Shown in pieces: positions 1-11,755 of a stretch of 55,880 bases of DNA (positions are counted from its first letter, which is position 1; every line of letters starts with the position of its first letter). The notes under the pieces were generated by a model, which saw only the letters and a program-made list of their open reading frames with translations, was not told where the DNA came from and did not search any database. Origin of the DNA: Thraustochytrium aureum (lineage: Eukaryota); the NCBI GenBank assembly GCA_012862495.1, contig BLSG01000059.1, positions 211,293 through 267,172 of the forward strand, written 5' to 3'. The translations under genes and the position numbers were made by a program.

Positions 1-210
1 CAGATGATTTACTCTCTCGTGCAGGATCGCGAGGCGTTCGAGGCGCAAAAGCGAACGTTTTTGCGCGAGTTGGATGAGCTCGCGCAGGCTTCGGCGAACG
101 AGGTCAAAGAGTGGGCAGAGATGCACGCCGACTCCACGCGGCAGCTCAACGAGAAGATTGCTGCTTTGCAGGAGCGCAACCGCGAGTTGGCGAGCCGTTT
201 GGCGGCATGA
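1..210 (+). CDS. 3' end of a coiled-coil protein (5'-partial)
   Basis: Open frame from the window edge with heptad-like E/Q/R/L-rich sequence (REAFEAQKRTFLRELDELAQ...LNEKIAALQERNRELASRL), ending in TGA at 208-210. Confidence 0.6.
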   Translation, partial: QMIYSLVQDREAFEAQKRTFLRELDELAQASANEVKEWAEMHADSTRQLNEKIAALQERNRELASRLAA

Positions 211-355
211 GCGGGCCCGGGGTGGGCTCTCTCGAGCTACTACTCGGCCGTATCGCGGTAAGCAAAATCCTGGGTTTTCCAACTCGACCGGGCCGGTTTC
301 GTTGTCTTGTCTGCGGTGGGAGGTAGAGTAAGTACTCCAGGGTGCGCTCGGCGCC

Positions 356-425
356 GCTCGCGTCTTTCGCTCGCGTCTTTCGCTCGCGCCTTTCGCTCGC
401 GTCTTTCGCTCGCGCCTTTCGCTCG
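356..425. repeat. 13-bp tandem minisatellite (GCTCGCGYCTTTC) x ~5
   Basis: Directly visible head-to-tail units with no spacers. Confidence 0.9.
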
Positions 426-466
426 AGATAGGCCAACTGGAGGCGCGTGCTCTTCTTCTTGATCAA

Positions 467-912
467 TCACGAGCTCTGGAAATAAAGCAATTCATTCCGT
501 GTACCAAAACCAGCTGGAAAAACCGCATCATCATCGTCCATCATCATCTGTTCTGATTCTGCACTGTCCCATTTCACCATCGCTTTGCGACTGGGGGTGG
601 AGTAAACACAAACTGCGGCGACACAAGCCCCATCGCAAAGCAGCCTGCGAGCGCCGCAAAGGCCCGCGAGCGATCGGCCCCAGGAAACACTGGGAACAAG
701 ATCACGTGAAGCAGGAGGTTCATGAGCACGAGATCCGCAGCTGCCACAGCCACTCGGATCGCCTGCCTCGAGACGGTCCGCTCGAGCACGAGCACCGCAA
801 CGGACATCCCAACGAGCGCAACCACGAGCCGGCCGGTGGCCAGCTCGCGGAGCGCGCCGTTGAGAAGAACAGCCAGCCCGCGCGTCAAGAGCTCGTCCGC
901 CTTGCCCGCCAT
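467..912 (-). CDS. Hypothetical small membrane protein (probable frameshift near 592-597; may extend upstream via an intron at about 1121-1249)
   Basis: MAGKADELLTRGLAVLL... has about 3 hydrophobic segments and joins ...KAMVKWDSAESEQMMMDDDD...FQSS* after a shift at a G-run. On the minus strand there is a GTGAGT donor at 1249 and a TTAG acceptor at 1121. Confidence 0.35.
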
Positions 913-3714
913 CTCGCGTGTGCGGCGCGGGGCTCGTCCAAGCGCGGGCGCCTGGCGCTGCGTCACCGGCCCTCCCGCCTCCCGGAGCAAAGGCGCCCCG
1001 TGCACAGGCAGCTCGTCGCTCGTCTGGCCAGCGGACCGCGCAAGAGCCCTGGCATCCCTTTGTTTTGATTGAAACACCACTTCCCGGCGCCGTTTGGTAG
1101 CGCAAAGACGCCAACCATACCTAATTTTAATTTTAAAAGCGTTGAAGAAGAAACCACCAAGAACAGCCGCGCGGGCCGAGCCGGCGAGCCCGGGTGCCGA
1201 GTACGCGCTGTAGCTACTAGCTAGCAAGGTATCGCGGTAGAGTACTCACCGTTTGACTCCTTCGAGTCAGCACCACTTTGCCCAGCGGCGGCGAGGTGAA
1301 TAGAGAACCCTTCGTTCTGTTCTTGACCGACCTTGAAAGTTTGTTTACACTTTGAGACGAAGCGCTTCGTTGATCGCCGGCGGGTTCCTCAAGGGCTGCT
1401 CAAGGGATGTCGTAAACACGGCCTGTGGGGCAAGCGGTGGAGGGGTTGACTTTTTCGCCAGTCCGACCTGATCAGAGTACCGCAAAAGCGAATCAAAAGA
1501 TCGCCAAAGGGCCGAGGCCAAAAACAGGGCTTGCGGCTCGCCGCGGCCCGGGTCCGGTGCGACACCGCCAGGCACATTGCAGGGTGTTTCGTACACCAGA
1601 CGCGAGGACCCCGCGCGCTCCTACAAGACGCGCAACGAATGCGGTGGCTCGCTTCACGTGTCGACCGTGTCGGGTAACGGAGTGCCGCCTTGGACTGCTG
1701 TTTGGTCGGCTCGGAGAACCGCCGCAACTCCGAGGCGAAACCGAGGGAAAAATTTCTTTGGAGAACTTTTCCTCGCTCTTGAAAGACGTGTGTCAAGCGT
1801 CGTTTGTTCCGTGGGTTTCGTTCTNNNNNNNNNNNNNNNNNNNNNNNNNNNNNNNNNNNNNNNNNNNNNNNNNNNNNNNNNNNNNNNNNNNNNNNNNNNN
1901 NNNNNNNNNNNNNNNNNNNNNNNNNNNNNNNNNNNNNNNNNNNNNNNNNNNNNNNNNNNNNNNNNNNNNNNNNNNNNNNNNNNNNNNNNNNNNNNNNNNN
2001 NNNNNNNNNNNNNNNNNNNNNNNNNNNNNNNNNNNNNNNNNNNNNNNNNNNNNNNNNNNNNNNNNNNNNACGTGTGTCAAGCGTCGTTTGTTCCGTGGGT
2101 TTCGTTCTTTCTTTTTCGAAGCCTTTGGAGGGCGCCCCCTCCAACACTAAACACAGTGTGCACACCGTGCAATTCCTTCGAAAGAAGGGCCTTCCACACC
2201 GTCGGGCAAGAAGCTGAACTGCAGTTCCTGAGGCTCGTGCAGTTCACGGTAGGCGCTGAGGTGACTGACCGCCTCCTGGCCTCGTGAGCAAACGCCACAG
2301 GCAGTGGTATCGGCGACGCGCCCCTCTCAGGGCAGTTGAAAAAGACAGATTCTGACGCTGAGGCTCTGCGCGGTGTCTTGAACGCTGCTCCGCAACTGTT
2401 TCCGGTGTAGACCGGTGAACATAGTAGCAGATCACAGGCCGTGGAGCCGTGGCAGAAACGACGCGCTGGCCCTCGTTGTTCCTGCATCACGCGCAGTTTC
2501 CACCAGCCAGCCAGGTTGGTTTCGATGGATGGATTGAATCGTGCTTTTGTCTATACTACCTACACAGCATGCACATGCACGCACGCACTTGTACTGGCAC
2601 TGGCACGCATCACGACGACGTGCCGTGGCGAACGAGCCCCGCCTCGCCCAACACCGCAAGCCTCCGACAAGTTTGACGTTTTTTCCTTCGAATTCGACGA
2701 CTTTCCGCCCCTTCCTTCGGTCACCTTTGATGACTCAGACCAACTTGAAGGACAACGAGAGCCCCGAGGCGATGCTTGCCTCGATCCGCCGCCGCCGACG
2801 GCAAGAAAGAAAGGAAGAGAGGAAGGAAGGACGACAGAGCTCTGGCTAGCTAGAGAGCAAGAAAGCGAAACGCCATGAACCAGCCAGCCATCCAGCCCCT
2901 CGAACTCGAGGCGCTACTTACCGAGTAGCTACTCGAGTGGCTAGAAGCCCACGACGCGAGTGCGTCTTCGCGAGTCCGCTTCGCGACCACGTCGCGACTG
3001 CTGACGGCGAAGAAATAAAGGAGGCGGGCTGTAGGTACCTGCGCCTGCCCTCCCATGTGCGCCGCAGAGCCCCCTCAGCAGGAGAGGCTGCTCAGGATCC
3101 GTGTCAGCTAGCGCGGCCGCTCCCATGGCCTCCGGCGCAGCGCTCACAGGGCCTTGCTTGGACTCGCTGGAGAGGCCACGAGGTGATTCTCGCAGCGGTC
3201 TGTCTGCCAGTGTCCCTCTGTCTGCCTCTCTGACGGTGGTCTGGCCGCGCCTGGTCGTCAGCCTGTGCGGCCCGGCCCCTTCCTTTGCCCGTGGTGCGTG
3301 GTGAGCACCGCCTCCCTCTGCGCCGCTGCGAGAGGGCGGTGTCCGTCTGAGCCGATCAGCTATCGGCGGCAAGCAAGATGTACGCCGCCCTTCTCAGCTG
3401 ATACGCCGCCCCGCTGAGAGCGGCGGCCACCCAATGGTCACTCGACGAAACGTGACGCGAGAATCCCCGGCGCCGCGCAGGGCCCACGGCGACTCCTCCC
3501 GAGCGGGCGAGGCGCTGCAGTGAGGGAGGCAGCTGGTGCTGTACTGGTACGGGTCCGCTCTTGAGCGCATTGCAACGAGAGGGCCGTGCTGATCCGCCAC
3601 TGATACTGGCCTGGCTTCAAGGCCTCCCAAAACTGCACTCTGGACATGAGAGAACGGATGAGAAACAGAAGCAAAAGAGACTCAGCAGAGCACCAAAGGC
3701 AACCAGCAGTGGAG

Positions 3715-3751
<37 letters not shown>

Positions 3752-4154
3752 GCAGCGGCAGCGGCGGCAGCGGAGGCGGCGGCGGCGGCGGTGAGGAGGC
3801 CGACTGGGCGCTGGCGGGGAGCGGCCCTGGCGCGGCGTCCCGCTGAGGCAACGAACGAACGAGAAGCGCACCAACAAACACTTCGGGTCGGTCAGAGACT
3901 GGGAGGAGGTGCCAGTGGCGGCCGCGGGCCTCGCAGGGACGGGCTCCGCGGGCTCGGGACGGGACGGTGTGAAGCGGGACGCGCTGCAGGAGCCGCCGGC
4001 GCTGCGACGGCCGCTGGGCTGATTGTGGACGGCCTGCGGGTCGTTGGTCTGAGGCTGCCGGGAAGCGGCTAACCGCGAGGCGGCCCCCCCCAGCCAGCTC
4101 GGCGAGGGGCGCGTTGCGTGGGCCGGTTCAAGCCCCCTTAACGAGCCCCTGAAA

Positions 4155-4847
4155 ATGGGACAAGGCGAGGGTTCCGGTAAGAACCGTGCCGCAAGCGCAC
4201 AAGGGCAAACCCAGCCTGCATTATTCCAGCACCCTGGCGCCCAGTCGCAGTCGCAGCACTTTGCAAATCAAAGTGGAAGCCACGTTTCAGCACAAGCTGG
4301 CGTGTCANNNNNNNNNNNNNNNNNNNNNNNNNNNNNNNNNNNNNNNNNNNNNNNNNNNNNNNNNNNNNNNNNNNNNNNNNNNNNNNNNNNNNNNNNNNNN
4401 NNNNNNNNNNNNNNNNNNNNNNNNNNNNNNNNNNNNNNNNNNNNNNNNNNNNNNNNNNNNNNNNNNNNNNNNNNNNNNNNNNNNNNNNNNNNNNNNNNNN
4501 NNNNNNNNNNNNNNNNNNNNNNNNNNNNNNNNNNNNNNNNNNNNNNNNNNNNNNNNNNNNNNNNNNNNNNNNNNNNNNNNNNNNNNNNNNNNNNNNNNNN
4601 NNNNNNNNNNNNNNNNNNNNNNNNNNNNNNNNNNNNNNNNNNNNNNNNNNNNNNNNNNNNNNNNNNNNNNNNNNNNNNNNNNNNNNNNNNNNNNNNNNNN
4701 NNNNNNNNNNNNNNNNNNNNNNNNNNNNNNNNNNNNNNNNNNNNNNNNNNNNNNNNNNNNNNNNNNNNNNNNNNNNNNNNNNNNNNNNNNCAACCCCAGA
4801 TGTTTCAGCCGATGGCCCAAACGCCTCAGCAGCAGTTCATGTTTCAC

Positions 4848-4878
<31 letters not shown>

Positions 4879-5708
4879 AACAGCCCATTCAAATCATCAA
4901 CGGGCAGCCGTTTTGCGCAGCAACCAACACATTACGGCAGCTCCCTGGCGGCCAGCTCGGCGCAATTCATTACCCCGTCCTATACTCGCAGCAGGGCGTC
5001 GTGGGGGGCATGCAGGCACCAATGTTCTTCGCGGGCACCATGCCTCAGCAAGCCGCTGCCGCTGCCGACGACGAAGCCGCGCGCCGGCAAAGGCAACGCA
5101 GCTCCAATTACCGCGGTGTCTCTTGGCACAAGCGCGGCAAAAAGTGGATCGCGCGAATCTGGATCAACGGTCGCAGCGAGCACCTTGGTGTCTATGCCTC
5201 CGAGATCTCCGCAGCCCTTGCCGTCGACCTGCGCCTCATTGAGCTGGGCGAGGGCGCTCAAGCGCTCAACTTTCCCGATCCGGCCGTGCGCAAGCAGCTC
5301 CTCGATTCTTTCAAGAAGAACAAGACCGGCGGCGGTGGCGGTGGCGGGACCGCGAGCGGCAGCGAGTCTGTCGACACCGCCGTCTCAAGGCCCTCTGGTG
5401 CAACTCCTGAGCCCGCTGGCAACGGTTCATCCGGCGCATCGAGTGACAGCGACGACAGCGGTGGCAAAGAAGGAGGTGGCGGCGGCTCCTCCGGCAGCGG
5501 CAGCGGGAGCGGCAGTGGGGGAAATAGCTCCAGCCGAAGCTCTGGCAACCATAGCGGCGCAGTCGGCAAAGGGCCCTGGTTCCACCAACAGCAACAAGCG
5601 TCGCGCCGCAACGAGCCCGTCGAGGCTCAAAGCGAACCAAGGCGAGCCCGCCACGGCCTCCCTGCCATCTGCGACGCCCCAGCATTGACCCCCAGCTTTG
5701 ACATTTGA
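4155..5708 (+). CDS. AP2/ERF-domain transcription factor with polyQ and Gly/Ser-rich regions (spans an assembly gap)
   Basis: AP2 motif SSNYRGVSWHKRGKKWIARIWINGRSEHLGVYASEISAALAVD...ALNFP at about 5100-5277, with a Q-rich N-terminal part. Confidence 0.88.
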
Positions 5709-6101
5709 TGTTTGCTTTTGTTTTCATACCTTGCACTGATCCAACCTCGAGCAGAGTAAACTAGATGGCGAGTCGCACGCCGAGCTCGAGCCGTACCTGA
5801 GACTTGGGCAGGCAGTGAGCCTGGAGCTGCCAGCCATCCTGTCTTCTTCCGACTCTCATCGCGACCGGTCTCGGTACTTCCACCCTGCAGCTCGAACACC
5901 GATTTGATCCCTTGCTCGAGCACTATCTGCCCAACTCGGCGAACAGACCAGACGCACAACGGAAGAGCGCACGCGGCAGCGAGGCAGGACCTGGGGCAGC
6001 AGGACATCTCACACCGGCGGCGGAGGGCCAACGCCTGGCGAGCGGCTGACGACAGGCGCGACGGCCGGCGCGGCGCTCGCTCCAGACACGCCGGCAAGGA
6101 T

Positions 6102-9100
6102 ATGCTTGCTGCCGCCCGCGAGCTTTTGGCCAGGGAGTTCCGCGAGCTCCAGGACGCCGACCACGGCCTCGATGGCGTCACAGTGACGCTGGCCGACGAC
6201 TCGGGGCTGTCCTGGCAAGTGCACCTGAACAACACGCATGTTAGAGAGGCGGGGCCGGGGCTCGACGAGCTCGTGCTGTTGATCCGTTTCAGCCGGCGGC
6301 ATCCGCACGAGCCGCCGCGAGTGTACATTCCCTCTGGCCACAGCGGGCTTCTCCAGTCGTTCGAAGACGGTTCGTCGTCCTTTTCGCCAGTATTTGACGA
6401 GATCTTTGTCAACCAATTCACTCGCGACTCGTGGTTACCAACAACTACGTTTAGCGATGCTTTGAGGAGCGTGCTTGAGGTGGTGCACCGGGCCCCGTCG
6501 CTCTACCATGCGAGCGACAACACAATAGGGTGCTTGTCGCACGGCTTATTGGTTGACCTTGTTCTTTACCTTCCGCTGCGTGACATCAACAGCGTTATGC
6601 GGACCTGCAAGGCGATGCGCGACATCTGCGATTCAGAGCGAGTCTGGACAGAGCTGTTGCTGCGTCGATCGCCCATCTCGGACGTGCTTGCCACTTTTGG
6701 ACGCGGCATCGGCCCAACGCGAGTTCTGGGGCCGCTTCGGAGGTGGGCGTGGGAGGGTTCGCGCCAAGCCTACAAGCGCGCTAGCCAAATGGCGGCTCGA
6801 CAGTCGCAAGCTCTCTTGAAGCCAATTCGTGCGGCCTTGCTCGATCAAACGCGAGCCATTCTCGAGGACACCTTCAAGCTGCAGGTGCTTTCCGGCGCCT
6901 TTGGACCGCTCAACGAGCACTTTGTTCACGACCACCTCGCGACGCTCCGCGTGGTCTCCGATGCGGGGGCCTTTCGTTTCGCCATGGCCGGGCTGAACTT
7001 TTCTTCGAGCCGCTTGGCGCCTTGGCAGACTTGCAAGAACAAACCTGGGACGGCGACCCTTCCCAAGCGAGGCGGCGCCAGGACGCCGTTTCCCCGTTTG
7101 AAAGGCAAGCGGCTGAGCTTGCCCCCGGCCAAGGCATAGACCTACAAGTGGCCAGCATGAATCCTGACGAAGCACCTGCGCCCTCCGAGCAAGCACCAGA
7201 ATCGGCGGTGCCTCAGCGTGGGCAGGCCGGGAGAGCATCCACTTCTGTTGGAATTGGCGCAGCAGCGCTTCCAAATGACAGCCGCTCAACACAACGCGAG
7301 GCGGTCCTTGGCATTGTAAATGCTTCCGTAGAACGGCTCCTGGCATCCGTTGCCAGCGAGGACGGCCTGGACGGCGGCGAAACCCCCGTCCATCCACGCC
7401 AGCCCACGTGAGGGGTCCACGTTGGGCCTCGACGAGCTGAGCGCAGCGGAGATCTCCTGGTTGGTGCAACGAATTCATGACGACCTGCACCTGATCCGAT
7501 TTCAGGACCACCGGGCTGCAGCCATTCTGCGCAGGCGCCAATACAGAGCCCCCTACCGCGAAGCGCTCGCCGCCCGCTACGCGACTGGCGTCAGGCGCGG
7601 GCGTGCAGAAGCCGCGAACATCACGCTAGGTGAGCGCGAAGACCCGGACACTGGCCAAACTGCCTCCGCACTCTTTTTGTGGACCTTGTCCAAGCTTCTC
7701 TGCGTGTTCTACCGCAGCCAACAAGAGCCGGTGCGCGAGTACATACGGCTGGTCCTCGCAAAGCAAGCTCTCGCTCTCCAGTACAACAGGGACGTTCTCG
7801 CTCTTCGCGCAAGCCCGGCCGAGACCCTCGTCAAGGTCGCAAAGTTTCGCAGCCAGGTGGCGTTGCGCCTCCGCGCCAGTGTGTTTAATGGATCCCGCGT
7901 GGACGCCAAGGACGCTAACGGTGAGTGGTTCGGTGCCACGTTGCTCAGGGCAGACGTCGTCGACGACGACCCTTGGAACGACAGCGGCCATGGTGACTCT
8001 GCTACGGCTCCACGTGGCGGCCTTGCCGACCCCGAAGGACTCGTTGGCGAGGGCACCGCAGACCAACAAGCCAGACAGACCCACACCACCCAAGCGGGTC
8101 CGAGAGAGCTTGCGCGCCTCGCGCCCCCCCGCTCGGTGCCGCTGTCGCTGTCAACGCCTTCCCGGAGGAAGCACAGCCTGAGCAGGCACGGGACGGCTCC
8201 CAGGCGAGGCCGCAGCGCCTGCACCGCATAGAAGAGGCTGGGCGGGTCTTGGGCAAGCTGCTCGAGGGGGGCAGTTTTGGAAGATCGAATTCGACGGCTT
8301 CTCGAGCCGCTGGAACGAGGTAGTTGCTGCTGATGCCATCTTTTCCCGTGTCGCCCTCTTTCGCAGCCACAGTCAGCCCCCCGAGCCGTGCAGGGTAGCG
8401 ACGTCTGACCTCCTTCGGACCGATCTCCTCTCGTTCCTGGACAGTAGCCGCAGAAAGCGCCAGAGACGGAGCGCTCGGCTCATCGAGGACTTTGACTTGG
8501 GGACCGCCAAGACCGCTCCTGAGGTGACTGATATGGCAACGCCCGACGGCGAGAGCTTCACCTCGAAACCGTATACGCTCGTCAAGCTGCATAGCCTCGG
8601 CTTTCCGATGATAAAGTTCCTGGTTCCCGCGGATACAGTACTCAGCGACGTCGTCAAGGAGTATGTTACTGTGTGCTGCACAATCGCACCCGAGGCAAAC
8701 GCCTGGGCATGCAGCAGAGTCCTGGTGTTCCACCTTGCCCACACATTGTCTACTTCTGCCGATGACATTGAGGAGGACTTTATACGCCAAAGACTCCACG
8801 CAATTCGAGGCGACGCACCCGGAACTGCCGCCCGCTTCAGTCGCCTCCACTCCTGTCAAGTGGATCTTGAGCAGCACACATCCAAGGTCTTTGATATGTA
8901 CAGGCTCGTGCTCGAGGATGTCGCGGCGTCCGAAGCCCAGTCAAACGGTCAGACTGACGCCACAGCGGACCAAGATGCGCGCAGCAACGGCAGCGCACAC
9001 CTCGTCTTAGAGCAGATCGAAACCTTGCTACATCGTGGCCGCGAGCTGCTTGGCCAACCTGGCCCGGCTGAAAGGGCTTGTCAGTCGTCTGCGCTTGCGC

Positions 9101-9213
9101 TCGAGGAGGTCAGCCAGGTCTTTGGCCAGAGCGCGAGCCTTGTTGACCATTTCAGCAAGGTATGTGATTTGGGCCTCGGCAAGGACGCCTGTCTGGAGCT
9201 GACGTTTTATTGA
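6102..9213 (+). CDS. Multidomain protein: UBC-fold (UEV/RWD-like) + F-box + Tudor/chromo-barrel-like domain; 3 or more apparent frameshifts
   Basis: ARELLAREFRELQ...SWQVHL...LVLLIRFSRRHPHEPPRV...WLPTTTFSDALRSV is a UBC fold. LSHGLLVDLVLYLPLRDINSVMRTCKAMRDICDSERVW is an F-box. GSRVDAKDANGEWFGATL...WKIEFDGFSSRWNEVV...RVALFRSHS resembles a Tudor/chromo barrel. Overlapping ORFs 5904-7139, 7022-7411, 7350-8231 and 8182-9213 tile without gaps. Confidence 0.7.
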
Positions 9214-10397
9214 GGGCCTGGAGACGTTTCTGTCGCTGAGGAACCAGCCAAGTTATGTTGGCCAGAGAATGCGACCACTGGCATCAACTGGCGTGCGGCA
9301 TTTTTGGAGCTACTTGCTCCCCTGAACGATCAAATAAATAAATTCTCTGCTGCTCTGCATCTCAGCACCAGATCACAGGAGAGCCCCAGAGGCTAGCTCT
9401 AGAGACAGCGCCTCGTAACCACATAGAAAAGATCGTAGTGCCCGAGGTTCGATGCCTCACAACCTGGTTCGTGCGGGCGTTGGCTCAAGCCGCATCATGG
9501 CTGCCAACATCCAATTTTGTCCATTGACCTGAGTTGTTTGTTTTTCTCGGACTGGTACCGGTGCGAGCTCACAACTGGTTGCAGAGCTGCTGCCGGTGCT
9601 GTGCCCGCCAGTGCTGCTGACAGTGAAGCAGTTTCACGGAAGTGCCAAGCTTTCTCTTGGCTCGTGCACGCTAGCCACTGCTCTTTACATTCCTCGCGTC
9701 GGATCCGTTTGGCGATGACGATTCCCGAGCACCTGCAAGTGNNNNNNNNNNNNNNNNNNNNNNNNNNNNNNNNNNNNNNNNNNNNNNNNNNNNNNNNNNN
9801 NNNNNNNNNNNNNNNNNNNNNNNNNNNNNNNNNNNNNNNNNNNNNNNNNNNNNNNNNNNNNNNNNNNNNNNNNNNNNNNNNNNNNNNNNNNNNNNNNNNN
9901 NNNNNNNNNNNNNNNNNNNNNNNNNNNNNNNNNNNNNNNNNNNNNNNNNNNNNNNNNNNNNNNNNNNNNNNNNNNNNNNNNNNNNNNNNNNNNNNNNNNN
10001 NNNNNNNNNNNNNNNNNNNNNNNNNNNNNNNNNNNNNNNNNNNNNNNNNNNNNNNNNNNNNNNNNNNNNNNNNNNNNNNNNNNNNNNNNNNNNNNNNNNN
10101 NNNNNNNNNNNNNNNNNNNNNNNNNNNNNNNNNNNNNNNNNNNNNNNNNNNNNNNNNNNNNNNNNNNNNNNNNNNNNNNNNNNNNNNNNNNNNNNNNNNN
10201 NNNNNNNNNNNNNNNNNNNNNNNNNNNNNNNNNNNNNNNNNNNNNNNNNNNNNNNNNNNNNNNNNNNNNNNNNNNNNNNNNNNNNNNNNNNNNNNNNNNN
10301 NNNNNNNNNNNNNNNNNNNNNNNNNNNNNNNNNNNNNNNNNNNNNNNNNNNNNNNNNNNNNNNNNNNNNNNNNNNNNNNNNNNNNNNNNNNGGGGCG

Positions 10398-11344
10398 ATG
10401 GACGGCCAGCCGGCGCGCGGCGGGCCGGACGCACAGCGGGACGCCGATGGCGGCGCGGGGGAGCGACTGGCTGTGCTTGGAGCCGGGCTGGTGGCTGGCG
10501 CGTCGAGCGTGGTGGTCGGCCACCCGTTCGACTCGCTCAAGACGAGGCTTCAGGTCGGCCACCCTCTCCGCGACGCTGGGTCCACGAGCAGGCTGGCGGC
10601 CGTGCGTGAGCTGTACAGAGGTATCTTGCCCCCGCTGCTGACGGTTGGGGTGGTGCAGTCGGTCAACTTTACCTTTTCGAGGCGTTCCGGCGGGAGGCCC
10701 TGCGAGAGCGCCGCGCTGCCGGTGGCGTGACGCAGGCCGAGTACCTTGCAGGCGTCTTTGCCGCGGGGTCCGGCGCCGGCATGATCATCTCGGCAATCAC
10801 GACGCCTGTTGGGCTCGTCAAGGTCCAGCAGCAGCTTGCCACGCGGCAGGGAATGTGGAGCTGCGCGCGCGAGCTCGTCAAGCGGCACGGTTGGACGGTG
10901 CTGTACCGCGGCGGGGTCGCGGGGCTGTACATGGAGGTGTTTGGGCGTGGCGTATACATTACGACCTACGAGGCAGTCAAGCTTGCGCAGCTCGGGTCGG
11001 CAGAGCGCGGCGCCACGCTGGCTGGGCACCCTGTTGTCGTGCCGCTTGGAGTCAAAATGAGCGCCGCAGCTTGCGCAGGAACGGTCGGCTGGCTGTCAGT
11101 GTACGCGATCGATGTGACCAAGTCCCGCATGATGCTCGACGCTGCAGGGGAGCGGTTCCCGACTTGGCGCTCTTGTGTGCTAGACACTTGGGCTGAGGGT
11201 GGCTTGCGCCGCATGTACCGCGGCGTCGGGTTTTCGCTTGTGCGGGCTGCGCCAGTTGCTGCTACTGTTTTGCCTATTTACGAGTCGACGCGAGATGCGC
11301 TGCGGGTGGCGCTCGGTGTGAGCGGGCCGGCGTGCATGGAGTGA
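10398..11344 (+). CDS. Mitochondrial carrier (SLC25; carnitine/acylcarnitine or basic amino acid carrier-like); frameshift at about 10675
   Basis: Three carrier repeats (GHPFDSLKTRLQ, TTPVGLVKVQQQ, YAIDVTKSRM) with LYRGILPPL, LYRG and GLRRMYRG helices. Confidence 0.9.
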
Positions 11345-11383
11345 AACGAACGCGGGGCGTGCGTGGGGCGACTGCCGACGGCG

Positions 11384-11583
11384 TCGCTTGGGCTGCGCTT
11401 TGGCGGCCCTTGGTCGGCGCTTTGGCGGCTCTTGGGCTGCGCTTTGGCGGCCCTTGGGCGGCCCTTGGGCGGCTCTTGGACGGCCCTTGGGTGGCGCTTT
11501 GGCGGCCCTTGGGCTGCGCTTGGACGGCCCTTGGGCTGCGCTTTGACGGCCCCTGGGCGGCGCTTTGGCGGCCCTTGGGCTGC
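11384..11583. repeat. Degenerate 11-bp minisatellite (GCGCTTTGGCG / GCCCTTGGGCT variants) x ~18
   Basis: Directly visible shuffled tandem units between the convergent carrier and RPB8 genes. Confidence 0.9.
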
Positions 11584-11755
11584 CGGAACAGTAGCGAAAG
11601 AATGTAAGCTGTTTACCTGGAAGGGACAGACCTTAGTAAAGAAAGACGAGCCGCGCAAGCGCCATGCAAGCGCAGTGCAAGCGCCTCGCGCTCACTCCGC
11701 GCCTGCTGCTCGCGGACGGGGAGGGCACCAAACTGTCCTCGCTAGGGCCGCTTGG

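Noticed and set aside
1495..1520. Minus-strand CTCGGCCCTTTGGC resembling the U2 snRNA 5' stem
   Set aside because: It lacks the following GATCAAGTGTAGTA branch-pairing sequence and an Sm site.
1786..2108. Exact 39-bp direct repeat (1786-1824 and 2070-2108) flanking an N-gap, resembling LTR ends or a target-site duplication
   Set aside because: Both copies abut the gap, which is typical of unmerged overlapping contig ends.
2441..3400. Short ORFs, including MNQPAIQPLELEALLTE-TAG-LLEWLEAHD, hinting at stop-codon reassignment or a decayed element
   Set aside because: No recognisable family. TAG and TGA terminate well-supported genes elsewhere in the window, so the standard code fits.
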